Shown in pieces: positions 12,897 to 26,900 of a stretch of 64,000 bases of DNA; within the stretch, counting starts at the first letter, position 1; the number at the start of each line of letters is the position of its first letter. The position numbers and the translations under genes were made by a program. This DNA comes from Eledone cirrhosa (Eukaryota). The stretch spans positions 2,542,001 to 2,606,000 of the forward strand of contig OZ024748.1 of the NCBI GenBank assembly GCA_964016885.1, given 5' to 3'. The notes under the pieces are model-generated. The model did not search any database. It was not told the DNA's origin and was given only the letters and a program-made list of their open reading frames with translations.

Positions 12897-13853
12897 TAAT
12901 AATAATGATAATAATGAAATTATTGTGTAAAGTGCTCAGGTGCACTACAACTCGTCAAAAGTGCATGTATAGTACATAGAATAATATACAAATGTCAGGG
13001 AAGTGAATAGTGTATGAGTCATGATATACATGTGTGTATATCATACACATACACACATGATATACATGTGTGTATGTGTATGGAGGGGGAACATTAGGTG
13101 TAGTGTTGGCGAATCTCGGGAAGTATGGAGGCCTTAAAGGATGCAGTGTCTCGACAGCTAACAACTGATGCAGATAGTTTGTTCCATGCTTCAGCAACTC
13201 TGAGCGTGAAAAAATGTTTCCGAAAGTCATGGGAGCTGTGCTGTTTTCTGACTTTGTGGGCATGCCCACGTGTGTTAGACACATGGAAATCAAAAAGGTA
13301 CTCAGGGTTGTTGTTGGGAAGATGGTTAACAATTTTGTGGGAGTTTACCAAGTCAGTTGCCAGGTGTCGGAGCTTCAATGTATCCATGCCCAGGGAAGCA
13401 AGGCGCTCAGAATATGGTAGATGCCTCATGGAGGGTATTCGCTTGTTTGCACGTCTCTGAACAGTTTCCAGGCGGTCAATGTTCTGAGCAAGATAGGGGT
13501 TCCAGACTGGTGATGCAAATTCTAAGTGTGGCCGCACCATAGCCATGTACAGCCTTAAATAGATAGCTGGAGAGCGGCTGACAAAGGTCTTGCTGAGTGA
13601 TGCTAAGACACCCTCGGCCCTCTTGACAATTTTAGAGACGTGCTTCGTCTAACGCAAATCGCTGCTGACCGTAATGCCCAGGTCACGTTCACAAGAAGAC
13701 TTCTTGATATTATTGCTGTGGAAGGAGTATGTGGACGTTGGGTTTTTACTCCCAAAATGCATGGTGGTGCACTTGTCCACAGCTAGCTTGAGTTGCCAGT
13801 CTGAGATCCATTGTTGCATTGTGTCCAGGTCAGACTGCAAGCAAGATCTATAG
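12897..13853 (-). mobile_element. CR1-group LINE 3' fragment (RT C-terminus + 3' UTR)
   Basis: LQSDLD..W...WQLKLAVDKC..MHFG, ERDLGITVSSDL and VRPHLEFASPVWNPY...LETVQRRA motifs; internal stop; (ATT)n tail. Confidence 0.88.
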
Positions 13854-15678
13854 TGTTCAGGATCTGCGTATGTATGTATGTATGTATGTGTGTACCTACA
13901 TATGTATGTATGTATGTACCCATGTATGTATGTATGAATGTACCTGTGTATGTATGTACCTATGTATGAATGTACCTATGTATGTGTGTATGTATGTACC
14001 TATGTATGTGTGTATGTACCTATGTATACAAATGAGAGAGTTGCGTGCTCTAGCATGTAAACACTGTCTCACACTCAATTCCTGTTAAACCAGCTACTGA
14101 TCTACATCCTTATAGTCCATAAACCAACCACAGACCCACACTAATCACTGGTATGGGGAAGACAGACATACTGCTGTGGTTGTATGTATATAATGTATGT
14201 GTGTACATATGTATATGTGTACCTATGTCTGTATCTGTGTGTGTGTGTACATGTAATATATGTATTTGTGTATATATAGGTACCAATGTATGTATGTGTT
14301 TACATATGTATCAATGTATGTATGTGTGTATATATGTATGTATGTGTGTACATATGTACCTATGTATGTATGTAATGTGTGTATGTGTTTACATATGTAT
14401 CAATGTATGTATGTATGTATGTACCTATCTATGTAATGTATGTAAGTGTGTACATATGTATGTATGTGTTTACATATGTATCAATGTATGTATGTGTGTG
14501 TGCACATATGTACCTATGTATGCATGGGGACATCTACTTGGTTTGGTGCCTGAGCATGAGGTAAGCCCTCTGGGAGTGAGGGACCACTTGTTAGAATCTT
14601 ATTCTAGGAGAAAGAAAATTCTGAAGTAAAACCTCCAACTCAATATATGTTTATTATCTGTGTGTGTACAGATGTATATACATCTGTATTATTTGTGTAT
14701 GTGTGTACCTATGTAAATATATATATTGTTTGTGTATGTGTGTACCTACTCTTGGATCTCGAATAATTGTCTCCTCCGCGTATTAAATTTCAGACCCCAA
14801 ACTCTTAACCCACTCAACCCCCACTTATTAAATTTTGCTAATCTATCTCCAACGAAATTTTATTTTAAGTGCTAGCATTCCTGTGACAATTAATTTTCTT
14901 CAGACATTAAAAAACATCATACATGACGTAAAAAGTACATTACTAGAAATCCCATATGTTATAAAATAAATAGGATGGGTTGGGGTACAATATGTAAACT
15001 AAATGACTAATTCTGTTTTATTTTAAATCAACAGAGACAACCTAGAAAAATTACTGATTTTCTACACACACTCCCTGCTTATCCCCTCCCCCTACTATTT
15101 AGGACCCGAGAATATTTAAATATATGGAAGACCATGAAAAACATGGGCTGAAGCTCACGGAGGAGATGACGAAGGACCGTGACAAGTAGAGAGATGCTGT
15201 GCTGAATAGGACCCGTCCCACCCTCGCAAGCAGGGAAAAGCGGACGTAAAATGCTGCTGATGATGTATCTTGTTTGTGTGCGTGTGAGTACACATATGTT
15301 TACATGGGTTGGGGTTTCAATATGTAAACTAAACGACTAAATCTGGTTTTTAAAAAAAATCAGCGGAGACAGCCTAGAAAAATTACCGATTTTCCACACA
15401 CACTCCCCTATTTATTCCCCCCCCCCCTACTATTTAGGATCCGAGAATATGTAAATATATGTATCTTGTTTGTGTGTGTGTGAGTACATATATGTTTACA
15501 TGTGTGTAAATGTGGAATAGCAGCTCTTTCTTTCAGGCTTGTGATAATGAATATAGGACTATTACTGTAGACTCAACACTGTAAGTTAATGATGCAAAGC
15601 AAGAGAAATTTAAAAATTGCTCACTGGATAATTGAACGGAGTTTATTAGAATTTGCCATATTTACAACCACACTCATA

Positions 15679-15711
<33 letters not shown>

Positions 15712-16925
15712 CATGTAGACATGCATACATATACTTACATGTACACACACAACATATATACATAGAGACAGTCTGACAAGCATACATACACTTACAAGTA
15801 CACATACACAACATGTATACATGTAGACAGGCTGACATACACATGCATACATATACTTACAAGTACATATACACAACATGTAGACAGGCTGACATACACA
15901 TGCATGCATGTACTTACATGATTTCACATCATGATTATTTCAAAATGAATACATAAACACACAAACGCACACACATACATATATATATGTATATATATAT
16001 ATATAGAGAGAGAGAGAGAAAGAAATACTGTCAGGGAAGTGTGCCCATGCTAGATGTATTGAAAAGGGATGGGTAGAACAAGCTAGAAGTTTAGGGAGTT
16101 GGTACCTCTGTTGACAACAACATGCTTCTTTATCTGGGTGAAGGGTAGACTGTATGATGCCTGCATGCAAACTGCAGTGCTACATGACAGTGAGAGGTGG
16201 ACCTTGACTGCTGAAGACTTATGAAAGTTATCCTCTGCTTTAGCGGGCATAATGGCTTTAAAATACTTGTGTATGTGTGTGTTACTGTTTTAGTCTGGGA
16301 CCAAAGTGGAAGGTCTGTGATGATACAGCGATTATAGATTATTCATAGAAGGATGAAGCTGGAGGGGGAGGATATGATATCGGTTAAGAACATTTAACCA
16401 ATTTGATGCTAACCTGCTCCCCAAACTGCCTCTGTTTCTAGAAAACAAATCCACCCTTTTTAAAGTCTTACTTAGCATTTTCATATCCGGCCAGAATTCT
16501 CTCACCTCTTTCTGTTCAAACCAGTCATAACTGGCCACTCATACTGATATTAAGGTATTGTTCTCAAAATAAATAACATCAAAATCTCATAGATACGATA
16601 TTTGATAATTATGTAAGATAAAGCCTTCACAACAAAAATACAATTGTAAATATAGAATATGTAAAAGCTAAAGTGTTAAGACAGTCGTTAGAAGGTCAGT
16701 ATGTTTTGCAGTATTTGGTCCATCTCTCTGCTCTCTCAGCTCAGATCCCACTGAGGTCAACAGTAATATACTGTGGTTCATTTAATTGTTTCTACTGCCA
16801 CTCGTATAAAATTTATGAACCTGTCTGTGCCATGTTAAGAAAAACAATATATATATCATATCAAAAACAACATATATATCATATTAAAAACAATATATAT
16901 ATATATATATATATATCATATCAAA

Positions 16926-16963
<38 letters not shown>

Positions 16964-17356
16964 ATATATATATATATATATCATATCATCCTGTGTTTTA
17001 AAATAGTTTGATTATATAATTTAGATGTTGTTGCTGCTGCTATTGTTTTTATATAAGTATTTAGTTGTTTTGTATATAGATATTTAGTTGTTGTATATAA
17101 TTATTGTTGTTGTTTGTGTATTATTTAGTATTAGGAGGAGAGAAAGAGGTGAAGATGACCAAAGTTGTAATATATTTGACCTGTATTCTGGTGATATTTA
17201 CATAAAGTGGTCTTTTATTGGATATTAAACGATCTTGATATTTGGCTTTTCACTTAAACACACATACACACGCACATCGCTGTGTGTGTGTGAATGTGTA
17301 TATATACATATATATATATGTACACATACCTATACAGGCATATATATATATTTATG

Positions 17357-17390
<34 letters not shown>

Positions 17391-17505
17391 CACACATATA
17401 CATATATATATATAGGTATATAATATATATATATATGTATATATATACACACATATACATATATATATAGGTATATAATATATATATATGTATATATATA
17501 CACAC

Positions 17506-17538
<33 letters not shown>

Positions 17539-17660
17539 ATATATATACACACATATTTTAATATATAATATATATGTGTGTGTGTGTGTATATGTATATA
17601 TATGCATACACACACACACACACACACATACTTATATATATATACATATATATATATATA

Positions 17661-17702
<42 letters not shown>

Positions 17703-19104
17703 TATACACATATATATATGCATATACACATATATATATTTGTATATATGTGTGTGAATATTGTGATGTGATATTAAACTGGATTTCTGATAGGTCGACA
17801 TTGTCAGTGATATGAGATATTAATATTATCTCATCATAATCCTATTAGATTATTTGGTTTTCAACTATTCTGATACCCAATATTTTACTACAATCTGAGC
17901 TATTTGATATTATACTATCATGTGATATCTAGTGGGACCCCCTTAACAATATTTCACCAACATATGAGATAAAGACAGATACATGTTATAGCATATTAAA
18001 CTATGTTCTTATATAGAATGGAATCCCTTTACTCTACTGCTGTTATAAGGTAGATATAGACTGTGTTATTGAATATTAAACTATGTTATATAGAGTGGAA
18101 CCCTTTTACTCTACTGTCATTATAAGATAAATATAGACTGTGTTATTGAATATTAAACTATGTTATATAGAGTGGAACCCCTTTACTCTACTGCTGTTAT
18201 AAGATAAATATAGATTGTGTTATTGAGTATTAAACTCTGTTCTTATATAGAATGGAATCTCTTTACAACATTTTACTGTCATGATAAAGATAAACACGTT
18301 ATTGAATATTAAAACTATATTGTCATGTTTCAATTCTCATATATAGAAAATTATTTGCTCTTTTCTTTTATTTTTTCACTGAAGTGAATTTGTAGATTTA
18401 TAAAGACATACACTACGGTGTTATTGGAAATTATTTATTACGAAATACTATATATTTATTATATTTATGTATTTATTTAGTTTATTTATTTATTTGTTAG
18501 TTAGTTAATATGTGACAACCTCCCTAGCATTGGTGATCTACATGATAAATACACCCAGTACACTCTGTAAAGTGGTTATAAGAAGGTCATCCAGTCATAG
18601 AAAGCTTGACAAACAAAGGTGCAGAAGAAGTCTTCAGTTGTGTTGATGACATGACAACCTCAGTGTCCGTGATCTACATGATAAATCCATCCAATACACT
18701 TGGAGAAGTGGTTTGTGATATTAAGAGGATCTAGCCATTGAAAACCTGCCAAACAAAGTGGTAGGAGGACTCTTCAGCTGTGTCAAAGACACGACAATCT
18801 CCCTAGTGCTGGTACTACGATAAAATGAACTTAGTACAGCATAGAAATGTATCTAAACAAGATGAGAACCCTTCCCCATCTCCCACCCCATCTGTGAGTC
18901 AGCAATGCTCAGGTACTGGACATGTGCATGCAGAACAGTTTCGTTGCCCTGCATGTATCTCGGATAGGCTCAACTGATGGTATTAGAGCTGATATGCCTG
19001 TAGAGCTTATCTTGAACTGGTAACTGCCAGGCCAGGGGTTTTTAAAGTTACCCATTGGCCCCTGGACTGAAAGTTCTCTGGAAGAAAGTGGCTAGTGGAT
19101 AATC

Positions 19105-19960
19105 ATAATGGTTTCTGATTTAGGCATAAGACTAGTAATTTGGGGAGAAAGGGGAAAGTCGATTAATTCAACCCCAGTATGTTATTGGTGTTTTATTTTA
19201 TCGAACCTGGAGGGATGAAAGGCAAAGCTAACCGTGTTGTGATTTGAACTTAGAACGTAACGAGCTGTAAGGTAATCTGATGCAGTAATGATTCTGCCAA
19301 TCCACCATCTTACAATAATATAATAATAATTGTTTCTATTTTTGGCTCAAGACCAACAATTATCCCAGTGTATTACTGGTACTTTATTTTATCGACCCCG
19401 TAAGGATGAAAGGCAAAGTTAACCTCGACAGGATTTGAACTTAGAACATAAAGGGCAGTAACTCTTTGCTGCAAAGCATGGCGTCCGACCCTCTACTGAT
19501 ACTGCCAATCCACCGCCCCTTACATCATCATCATCATCATTACAATAATATAATAATAATTGTTTCTACTTTAAGCACAAAGCCTGCAATTTGAAAGGGC
19601 GGGGAAAGTCGATTAAATCGACGTCAGTACATTACTGGTGCTTTATTATATCAACTCCATGAGGATGAAAGGCAAAGTTAACCGTGGCAGGTTTTGAACT
19701 CAGAAGGTAAAGGGCCGTAACTCTATTGATACTGCCAATCCACCACCCTCAATAATATAATGATAATAATAATAATTGTTTCTACTTTTGGCACAAGGCC
19801 AGCAATTACCCAGCGCATTACTGGTACTTTATTTTATCGACCCCGTAAGGATGAAAGGCAAAGTTAACCTCGGCTGGATTTGAACTCGGAATGGCAAGGG
19901 CCGTAACTCTATACGTCAAAGTATGGTGTCCAACCCTCTACCGATACTGCCAATCCACCA
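19105..19960 (-). mobile_element. Four head-to-tail copies of the second SINE
   Basis: Repeated GGATGAAAGGCAAAGTTAACC...TTTGAACT...CTGCCAATCCACC units separated by (AAT)n. Confidence 0.8.
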
Positions 19961-20398
19961 TAATAATGATAATAAAAACGATAACAATAAATTGATAACT
20001 CTTAACTCCTTATTAGATATTTTGCTCCATTCAATATTTTACAAAGCCATACAATAACTGATAGCATTATCTGCTATCTGCCATCTCTATGGTGTTCCAC
20101 TGTTGTGTTGGAATTAGCTGGGATCCAGCTCTTCCTTTGTCTCTTGTAATCTATTATTGAAGTAAAACCTTTTCACACAGCTCCATACTTTCATATGTTC
20201 TATAAATAGTTGGGCTGCTCTTGGAAACTCATATAATAACATTTTATATATTTTTATTGACAAATAAATACTAAATATGATTTTTTTTTGTGTTCCTCAT
20301 TAGAAGAATATCAAGGTATTTTTATTTTTTAAATTCAGAATTTATAGCTTTACCAGAAATTGATATGAAATTTATGGATATTTATTTCATTAAAGAGA

Positions 20399-20495
<97 letters not shown>

Positions 20496-20734
20496 ATATA
20501 TTATATCATCATTATCATCATTTAATGATATTTTCCATGCTAGCATATGTTACAGATCGTTACAGACTGGGTCTGTACTTAATTAGCGCTACTGTCCTAG
20601 ATGAGTCAGAGTGCACGTCTCATTCAATACGTTCCAGTTTTGGCAGGTTTTCTGTGGTTGGGTCCCTTTCCTAATGCCAGCCACTTTTTATTATAAAAGC
20701 CTACTGGATACATTTTATTGTGGTACCAACTGTA

Positions 20735-23691
20735 AGGAGACTGTCATGTCCTTTACATACTTCAAGAGACCTCCCTACTCTGTGCTGGGACACCACCACT
20801 AGAGAAGGTAGGGTCTTCTCTACCCTATGTTGAGGTACTAGCACTAGGGAGACTGTCATGTCCTTTACAAACCTGAACAGTCCTCCCTACTCTGTGCTGG
20901 GACACCACCACTAGAGAAGGTAGGGTCTTCTCTACCCTATGTTGAGGTACTAGCACTAGGGAGACTGTCATGTCCTTTACATACTTCAAGAGACCTCCCT
21001 ACTCTGTGCTGGGACACCACCACTAGAGAAGGTAGGGTCTTCTCTACCCTATGTTGAGGTACTAGCACTAGGGAGACTGTCATGTCCTTTACATACTTCA
21101 AGAGACCTCCCTACTCTGTGCTGGGACACCACCACTAGAGAAGGTAGGGTCTTCTCTACCCTATGTTGAGGTACTAGCACTAGGGAGACTGTCATGTCCT
21201 TTACAAACCTGAACAGTCCTCCCTACTCTGTGCTGGGACACCACCACTAGAGAAGGTAGGGTCTTCTCTACCCTATGTTGAGGTACTAGCACTAGGGAGA
21301 CTGTCATGTCCGTTACATACTTCAAGAGACCTCCCTACTCTGTGCTGGGACACCACCACTAGAGAAGGTAGGGTCTTCTCTACCCTATGTTGAGGTACTA
21401 GCACTAGGGAGACTGTCATGTCCTTTACAAACCTGAACAGTCCTCCCTACTCTGTGCTGGGACACCACCACTAGAGAAGGTAGGGTCTTCTCTACCCTAT
21501 GTTGAGGTACTAGCACTAGGGAGACTGTCATGTCCTTTACATACTTCAAGAGACCTCCCTACTCTGTGCTGGGACACCACCACTAGAGAAGGTAGGGTCT
21601 TCTCTACCCTATGTTGAGGTACTAGCACTAGGGAGACTGTCATGTCCTTTACAAACCTGAACAGTCCTCCCTACTCTGTGCTGGGACACCACCACTAGAG
21701 AAGGTAGGGTCTTCTCTACCCTATGTTGAGGTACTAGCACTAGGGAGACTGTCATGTCCGTTACATACTTCAAGAGACCTCCCTACTCTGTGCTGGGACA
21801 CCACCACTAGAGAAGGTAGGGTCTTCTCTACCCTATGTTGAGGTACTAGCACTAGGGAGACTGTCATGTCCTTTACAAACCTGAACAGTCCTCCCTACTC
21901 TGTGCTGGGACACCACCACTAGAGAAGGTAGGGTCTTCTCTACCCTATGTTGAGGTACTAGCACTAGGGAGACTGTCATGTCCTTTACATACTTCAAGAG
22001 ACCTCCCTACTCTGTGCTGGGACACCACCACTAGAGAAGGTAGGGTCTTCTCTACCCTATGTTGAGGTACTAGCACTAGGGAGACTGTCATGTCCTTTAC
22101 AAACCTGAACAGTCCTCCCTACTCTGTGCTGGGACACCACCACTAGAGAAGGTAGGGTCTTCTCTACCCTATGTTGAGGTACTAGCACTAGGGAGACTGT
22201 CATGTCCTTTACAAACCTGAACAGTCCTCCCTACTCTGTGCTGGGACACCACCACTAGAGAAGGTAGGGTCTTCTCTACCCTATGTTGAGGTACTAGCAC
22301 TAGGGAGACTGTCATGTCCTTTACATACTTCAAGAGACCTCCCTACTCTGTGCTGGGACACCACCACTAGAGAAGGTAGGGTCTTCTCTACCCTATGTTG
22401 AGGTACTAGCACTAGGGAGACTGTCATGTCCTTTACAAACCTGAACAGTCCTCCCTACTCTGTGCTGGGACACCACCACTAGAGAAGGTAGGGTCTTCTC
22501 TACCCTATGTTGAGGTACTAGCACTAGGGAGACTGTCATGTCCTTTACATACTTCAAGAGACCTCCCTACTCTGTGCTGGGACACCACCACTAGAGAAGG
22601 TAGGGTCTTCTCTACCCTATGTTGAGGTACTAGCACTAGGGAGACTGTCATGTCCTTTACAAACCTGAACAGTCCTCCCTACTCTGTGCTGGGACACCAC
22701 CACTAGAGAAGGTAGGGTCTTCTCTACCCTATGTTGAGGTACTAGCACTAGGGAGACTGTCATGTCCTTTACATACTTCAAGAGACCTCCCTACTCTGTG
22801 CTGGGACACCACCACTAGAGAAGGTAGGGTCTTCTCTACCCTATGTTGAGGTACTAGCACTAGGGAGACTGTCATGTCCTTTACAAACCTGAACAGTCCT
22901 CCCTACTCTGTGCTGGGACACCACCACTAGAGAAGGTAGGGTCTTCTCTACCCTATGTTGAGGTACTAGCACTAGGGAGACTGTCATGTCCTTTACATAC
23001 TTCAAGAGACCTCCCTACTCTGTGCTGGGACACCACCACTAGAGAAGGTAGGGTCTTCTCTACCCTATGTTGAGGTACTAGCACTAGGGAGACTGTCATG
23101 TCCTTTACAAACCTGAACAGTCCTCCCTACTCTGTGCTGGGACACCACCACTAGAGAAGGTAGGGTCTTCTCTACCCTATGTTGAGGTACTAGCACTAGG
23201 GAGACTGTCATGTCCTTTACATACTTCAAGAGACCTCCCTACTCTGTGCTGGGACACCACCACTAGAGAAGGTAGGGTCTTCTCTACCCTATGTTGAGGT
23301 ACTAGCACTAGGGAGACTGTCATGTCCTTTACAAACCTGAACAGTCCTCCCTACTCTGTGCTGGGACACCACCACTAGAGAAGGTAGGGTCTTCTCTACC
23401 CTATGTTGAGGTACTAGCACTAGGGAGACTGTCATGTCCTTTACAAACCTGAACAGTCCTCCCTACTCTGTGCTGGGACACCACCACTAGAGAAGGTAGG
23501 GTCTTCTCTACCCTATGTTGAGGTACTAGCACTAGGGAGACTGTCATGTCCTTTACAAACCTGAACAGTCCTCCCTACTCTGTGCTGGGACACCACCACT
23601 AGAGAAGGTAGGGTCTTCTCTACCCTATGTTGAGGTACTAGCACTAGGGAGACTGTCATGTCCTTTACAAACCTGAACAGTCCTCCCTACC
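20735..23691. repeat. 112-bp tandem satellite, about 26.5 units, two main variants
   Basis: CCTCCCTAC recurs at 20770, 20882, 20994 and onward. The variable cassette is ATACTTCAAGAGAC or AAACCTGAACAGTC. Confidence 0.95.
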
Positions 23692-23967
23692 TTTTAATCA
23701 TTTTATTGTGGTACCAGCATTAAGGAGGTTGTTATCTTCCCTACCCTGTATTGGGGTACCAGCTCTGGGAAGGGTAGGGTCTTCCCTACCCTGTATTGGG
23801 GTACCGGCTCTAGGGATGAAGAAATGAATTATATAGAGTAGAACCCCTTTACTCTACCATCGTTATAAGATATTGAGATCCCACTGAGGATAGCTTTGCC
23901 TTTGGTCAATAAAATAAAGTACCAGATGTAGGAACAATTATTTAGTTGTCATTATTTAACCATCCTT

Positions 23968-26900
23968 GGGCAGTGGATTGGTAGTATCGGGTAGAGGGTC
24001 ATACGGCATGGGCAGTGGATTGGTAGTATCGGGTAGAGGGTCATACGGCATGGGTGGGGGATTGGTAGTATCGGGTAGAGGGTCATACGGCATGGGTGGG
24101 GGATTGGTAGTATCGGGTAGAGGGTCATACGGCATGGGTGGGGGATTGGTAGTATCGGGTAGAGGGTCATACGGCATGGGTGGGGGATTGGTAGTATCGG
24201 TAGAGGGTCATACGGCATGGGTGGGGGATTGGTAGTATCGGGTAGAGGGTCATACGGCATGGGTGGGGGATTGGTAGTATCGGGTAGAGGGTCATACGGC
24301 ATGGGTGGGGGATTGGTAGTATCGGTAGAGGGTCATACGGCATGGGTGGGGGATTGGTAGTATCGGTAGAGGGTCATACGGCATGGGTGGGGGATTGGTA
24401 GTATCGGGTAGAGGGTCATACGGCATGGGTGGGGGATTGGTAGTATCGGTAGAGGGTCATACGGCATGGGTGGGGGATTGGTAGTATCGGGTAGAGGGTC
24501 ATACGGCATGGGTGGGGGATTGGTAGTATCGGTAGAGGGTCATACGGCATGGGTGGGGGATTGGTAGTATCGGGTAGAGGGTCATACGGCATGGGTGGGG
24601 GATTGGTAGTATCGGGTAGAGGGTCATACGGCATGGGTGGGGGATTGGTAGTATCGGGTAGAGGGTCATACGGCATGGGTGGGGGATTGGTAGTATCGGT
24701 AGAGGGTCATACGGCATGGGTGGGGGATTGGTAGTATCGGTAGAGGGTCATACGGCATGGGTGGGGGATTGGTAGTATCGGGTAGAGGGTCATACGGCAT
24801 GGGTGGGGGATTGGTAGTATCGGTAGAGGGTCATACGGCATGGGTGGGGGATTGGTAGTATCGGGTAGAGGGTCATACGGCATGGGTGGGGGATTGGTAG
24901 TATCGGTAGAGGGTCATACGGCATGGGTGGGGGATTGGTAGTATCGGGTAGAGGGTCATACGGCATGGGTGGGGGATTGGTAGTATCGGGTAGAGGGTCA
25001 TACGGCATGGGTGGGGGATTGGTAGTATCGGTAGAGGGTCATACGGCATGGGTGGGGGATTGGTAGTATCGGGTAGAGGGTCATACGGCATGGGTGGGGG
25101 ATTGGTAGTATCGGTAGAGGGTCATACGGCATGGGTGGGGGATTGGTAGTATCGGGTAGAGGGTCATACGGCATGGGTGGGGGATTGGTAGTATCGGGTA
25201 GAGGGTCATACGGCATGGGTGGGGGATTGGTAGTATCGGTAGAGGGTCATACGGCATGGGCAGTGAATTGGTAGTATCGGTAGAGGGTCATACGGCATGG
25301 GCAGTGAATTGGTAGTATCGGTAGAGGGTCATACGGCATGGGCAGTGAATTGGTAGTATCGGTAGAGGGTCATACGGCATGGGCAGTGGATTGGTAGTAT
25401 CGGGTAGAGGGTCATACGGCATGGGTGGGGGATTGGTAGTATCGGTAGAGGGTCATACGGCATGGGCAGTGAATTGGTAGTATCGGTAGAGGGTCATACG
25501 GCATGGGCAGTGGATTGGTAGTATCGGTAGAGGGTCAGACGGCATGGGTGGGGGATTGGTAGTATCGGTAGAGGGTCATACGGCATGGGTGGGGGATTGG
25601 TAGTATCGGTAGAGGGTCATACGGCATGGGTGGGGGATTGGTAGTATCGGTAGAGGGTCATACGGCATGGGTGGGGGATTGGTAGTATCGGTAGAGGGTC
25701 AGACGGCATGGGCAGTGGATTGGTAGTATCGGTAGAGGGTCATACGGCATGGGCAGTGAATTGGTAGTATCGGTAGAGGGTCATACGGCATGGGCAGTGG
25801 ATTGGTAGTATCGGGTAGAGGGTCATACGGCATGGGTGGGGGATTGGTAGTATCGGTAGAGGGTCATACGGCATGGGCAGTGAATTGGTAGTATCGGTAG
25901 AGGGTCATACGGCATGGGCAGTGAATTGGTAGTATCGGTAGAGGGTCATACGGCATGGGCAGTGGATTGGTAGTATCGGGTAGAGGGTCATACGGCATGG
26001 GTGGGGGATTGGTAGTATCGGTAGAGGGTCATACGGCATGGGCAGTGAATTGGTAGTATCGGTAGAGGGTCATACGGCATGGGCAGTGGATTGGTAGTAT
26101 CGGTAGAGGGTCAGACGGCATGGGTGGGGGATTGGTAGTATCGGTAGAGGGTCATACGGCATGGGTGGGGGATTGGTAGTATCGGTAGAGGGTCATACGG
26201 CATGGGTGGGGGATTGGTAGTATCGGTAGAGGGTCATACGGCATGGGTGGGGGATTGGTAGTATCGGTAGAGGGTCAGACGGCATGGGCAGTGGATTGGT
26301 AGTATCGGTAGAGGGTCAGACGGCATGGGTGGGGGATTGGTAGTATCGGTAGAGGGTCATACGGCATGGGTGGGGGATTGGTAGTATCGGTAGAGGGTCA
26401 GACGGCATGGGTGGGGGATTGGTAGTATCGGTAGAGGGTCATACGGCATGGGCAGTGGATTGGTAGTATCGGTAGAGGGTCATACGGCATGGGCAGTGGA
26501 TTGGTAGTATCGGTAGAGGGTCATACGGCATGGGCAGTGAATTGGTAGTATCGGTAGAGGGTCATACGGCATGGGCAGTGAATTGGTAGTATCGGTAGAG
26601 GGTCATACGGCATGGGCAGTGAATTGGTAGTATCGGTAGAGGGTCAGACGGCATGGGTGGGGGATTGGTAGTATCGGTAGAGGGTCATACGGCATGGGCA
26701 GTGGATTGGTAGTATCGGTAGAGGGTCATACGGCATGGGCAGTGGATTGGTAGTATCGGTAGAGGGTCATACGGCATGGGCAGTGAATTGGTAGTATCGG
26801 TAGAGGGTCATACGGCATGGGCAGTGAATTGGTAGTATCGGTAGAGGGTCAGACGGCATGGGTGGGGGATTGGTAGTATCGGTAGAGGGTCATACGGCAT

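Noticed and set aside
14555-14560. 6-nt microexon CATGAG|gtaagc
   Set aside because: Rare GAG acceptor and a poor pyrimidine tract at a microsatellite edge.
20735-23691. CRISPR-like appearance (constant repeat plus variable cassette); also 60712-61083
   Set aside because: Eukaryotic intron with no cas genes. The apparent spacers are two alternating variants or (TA)n, not unique sequences.
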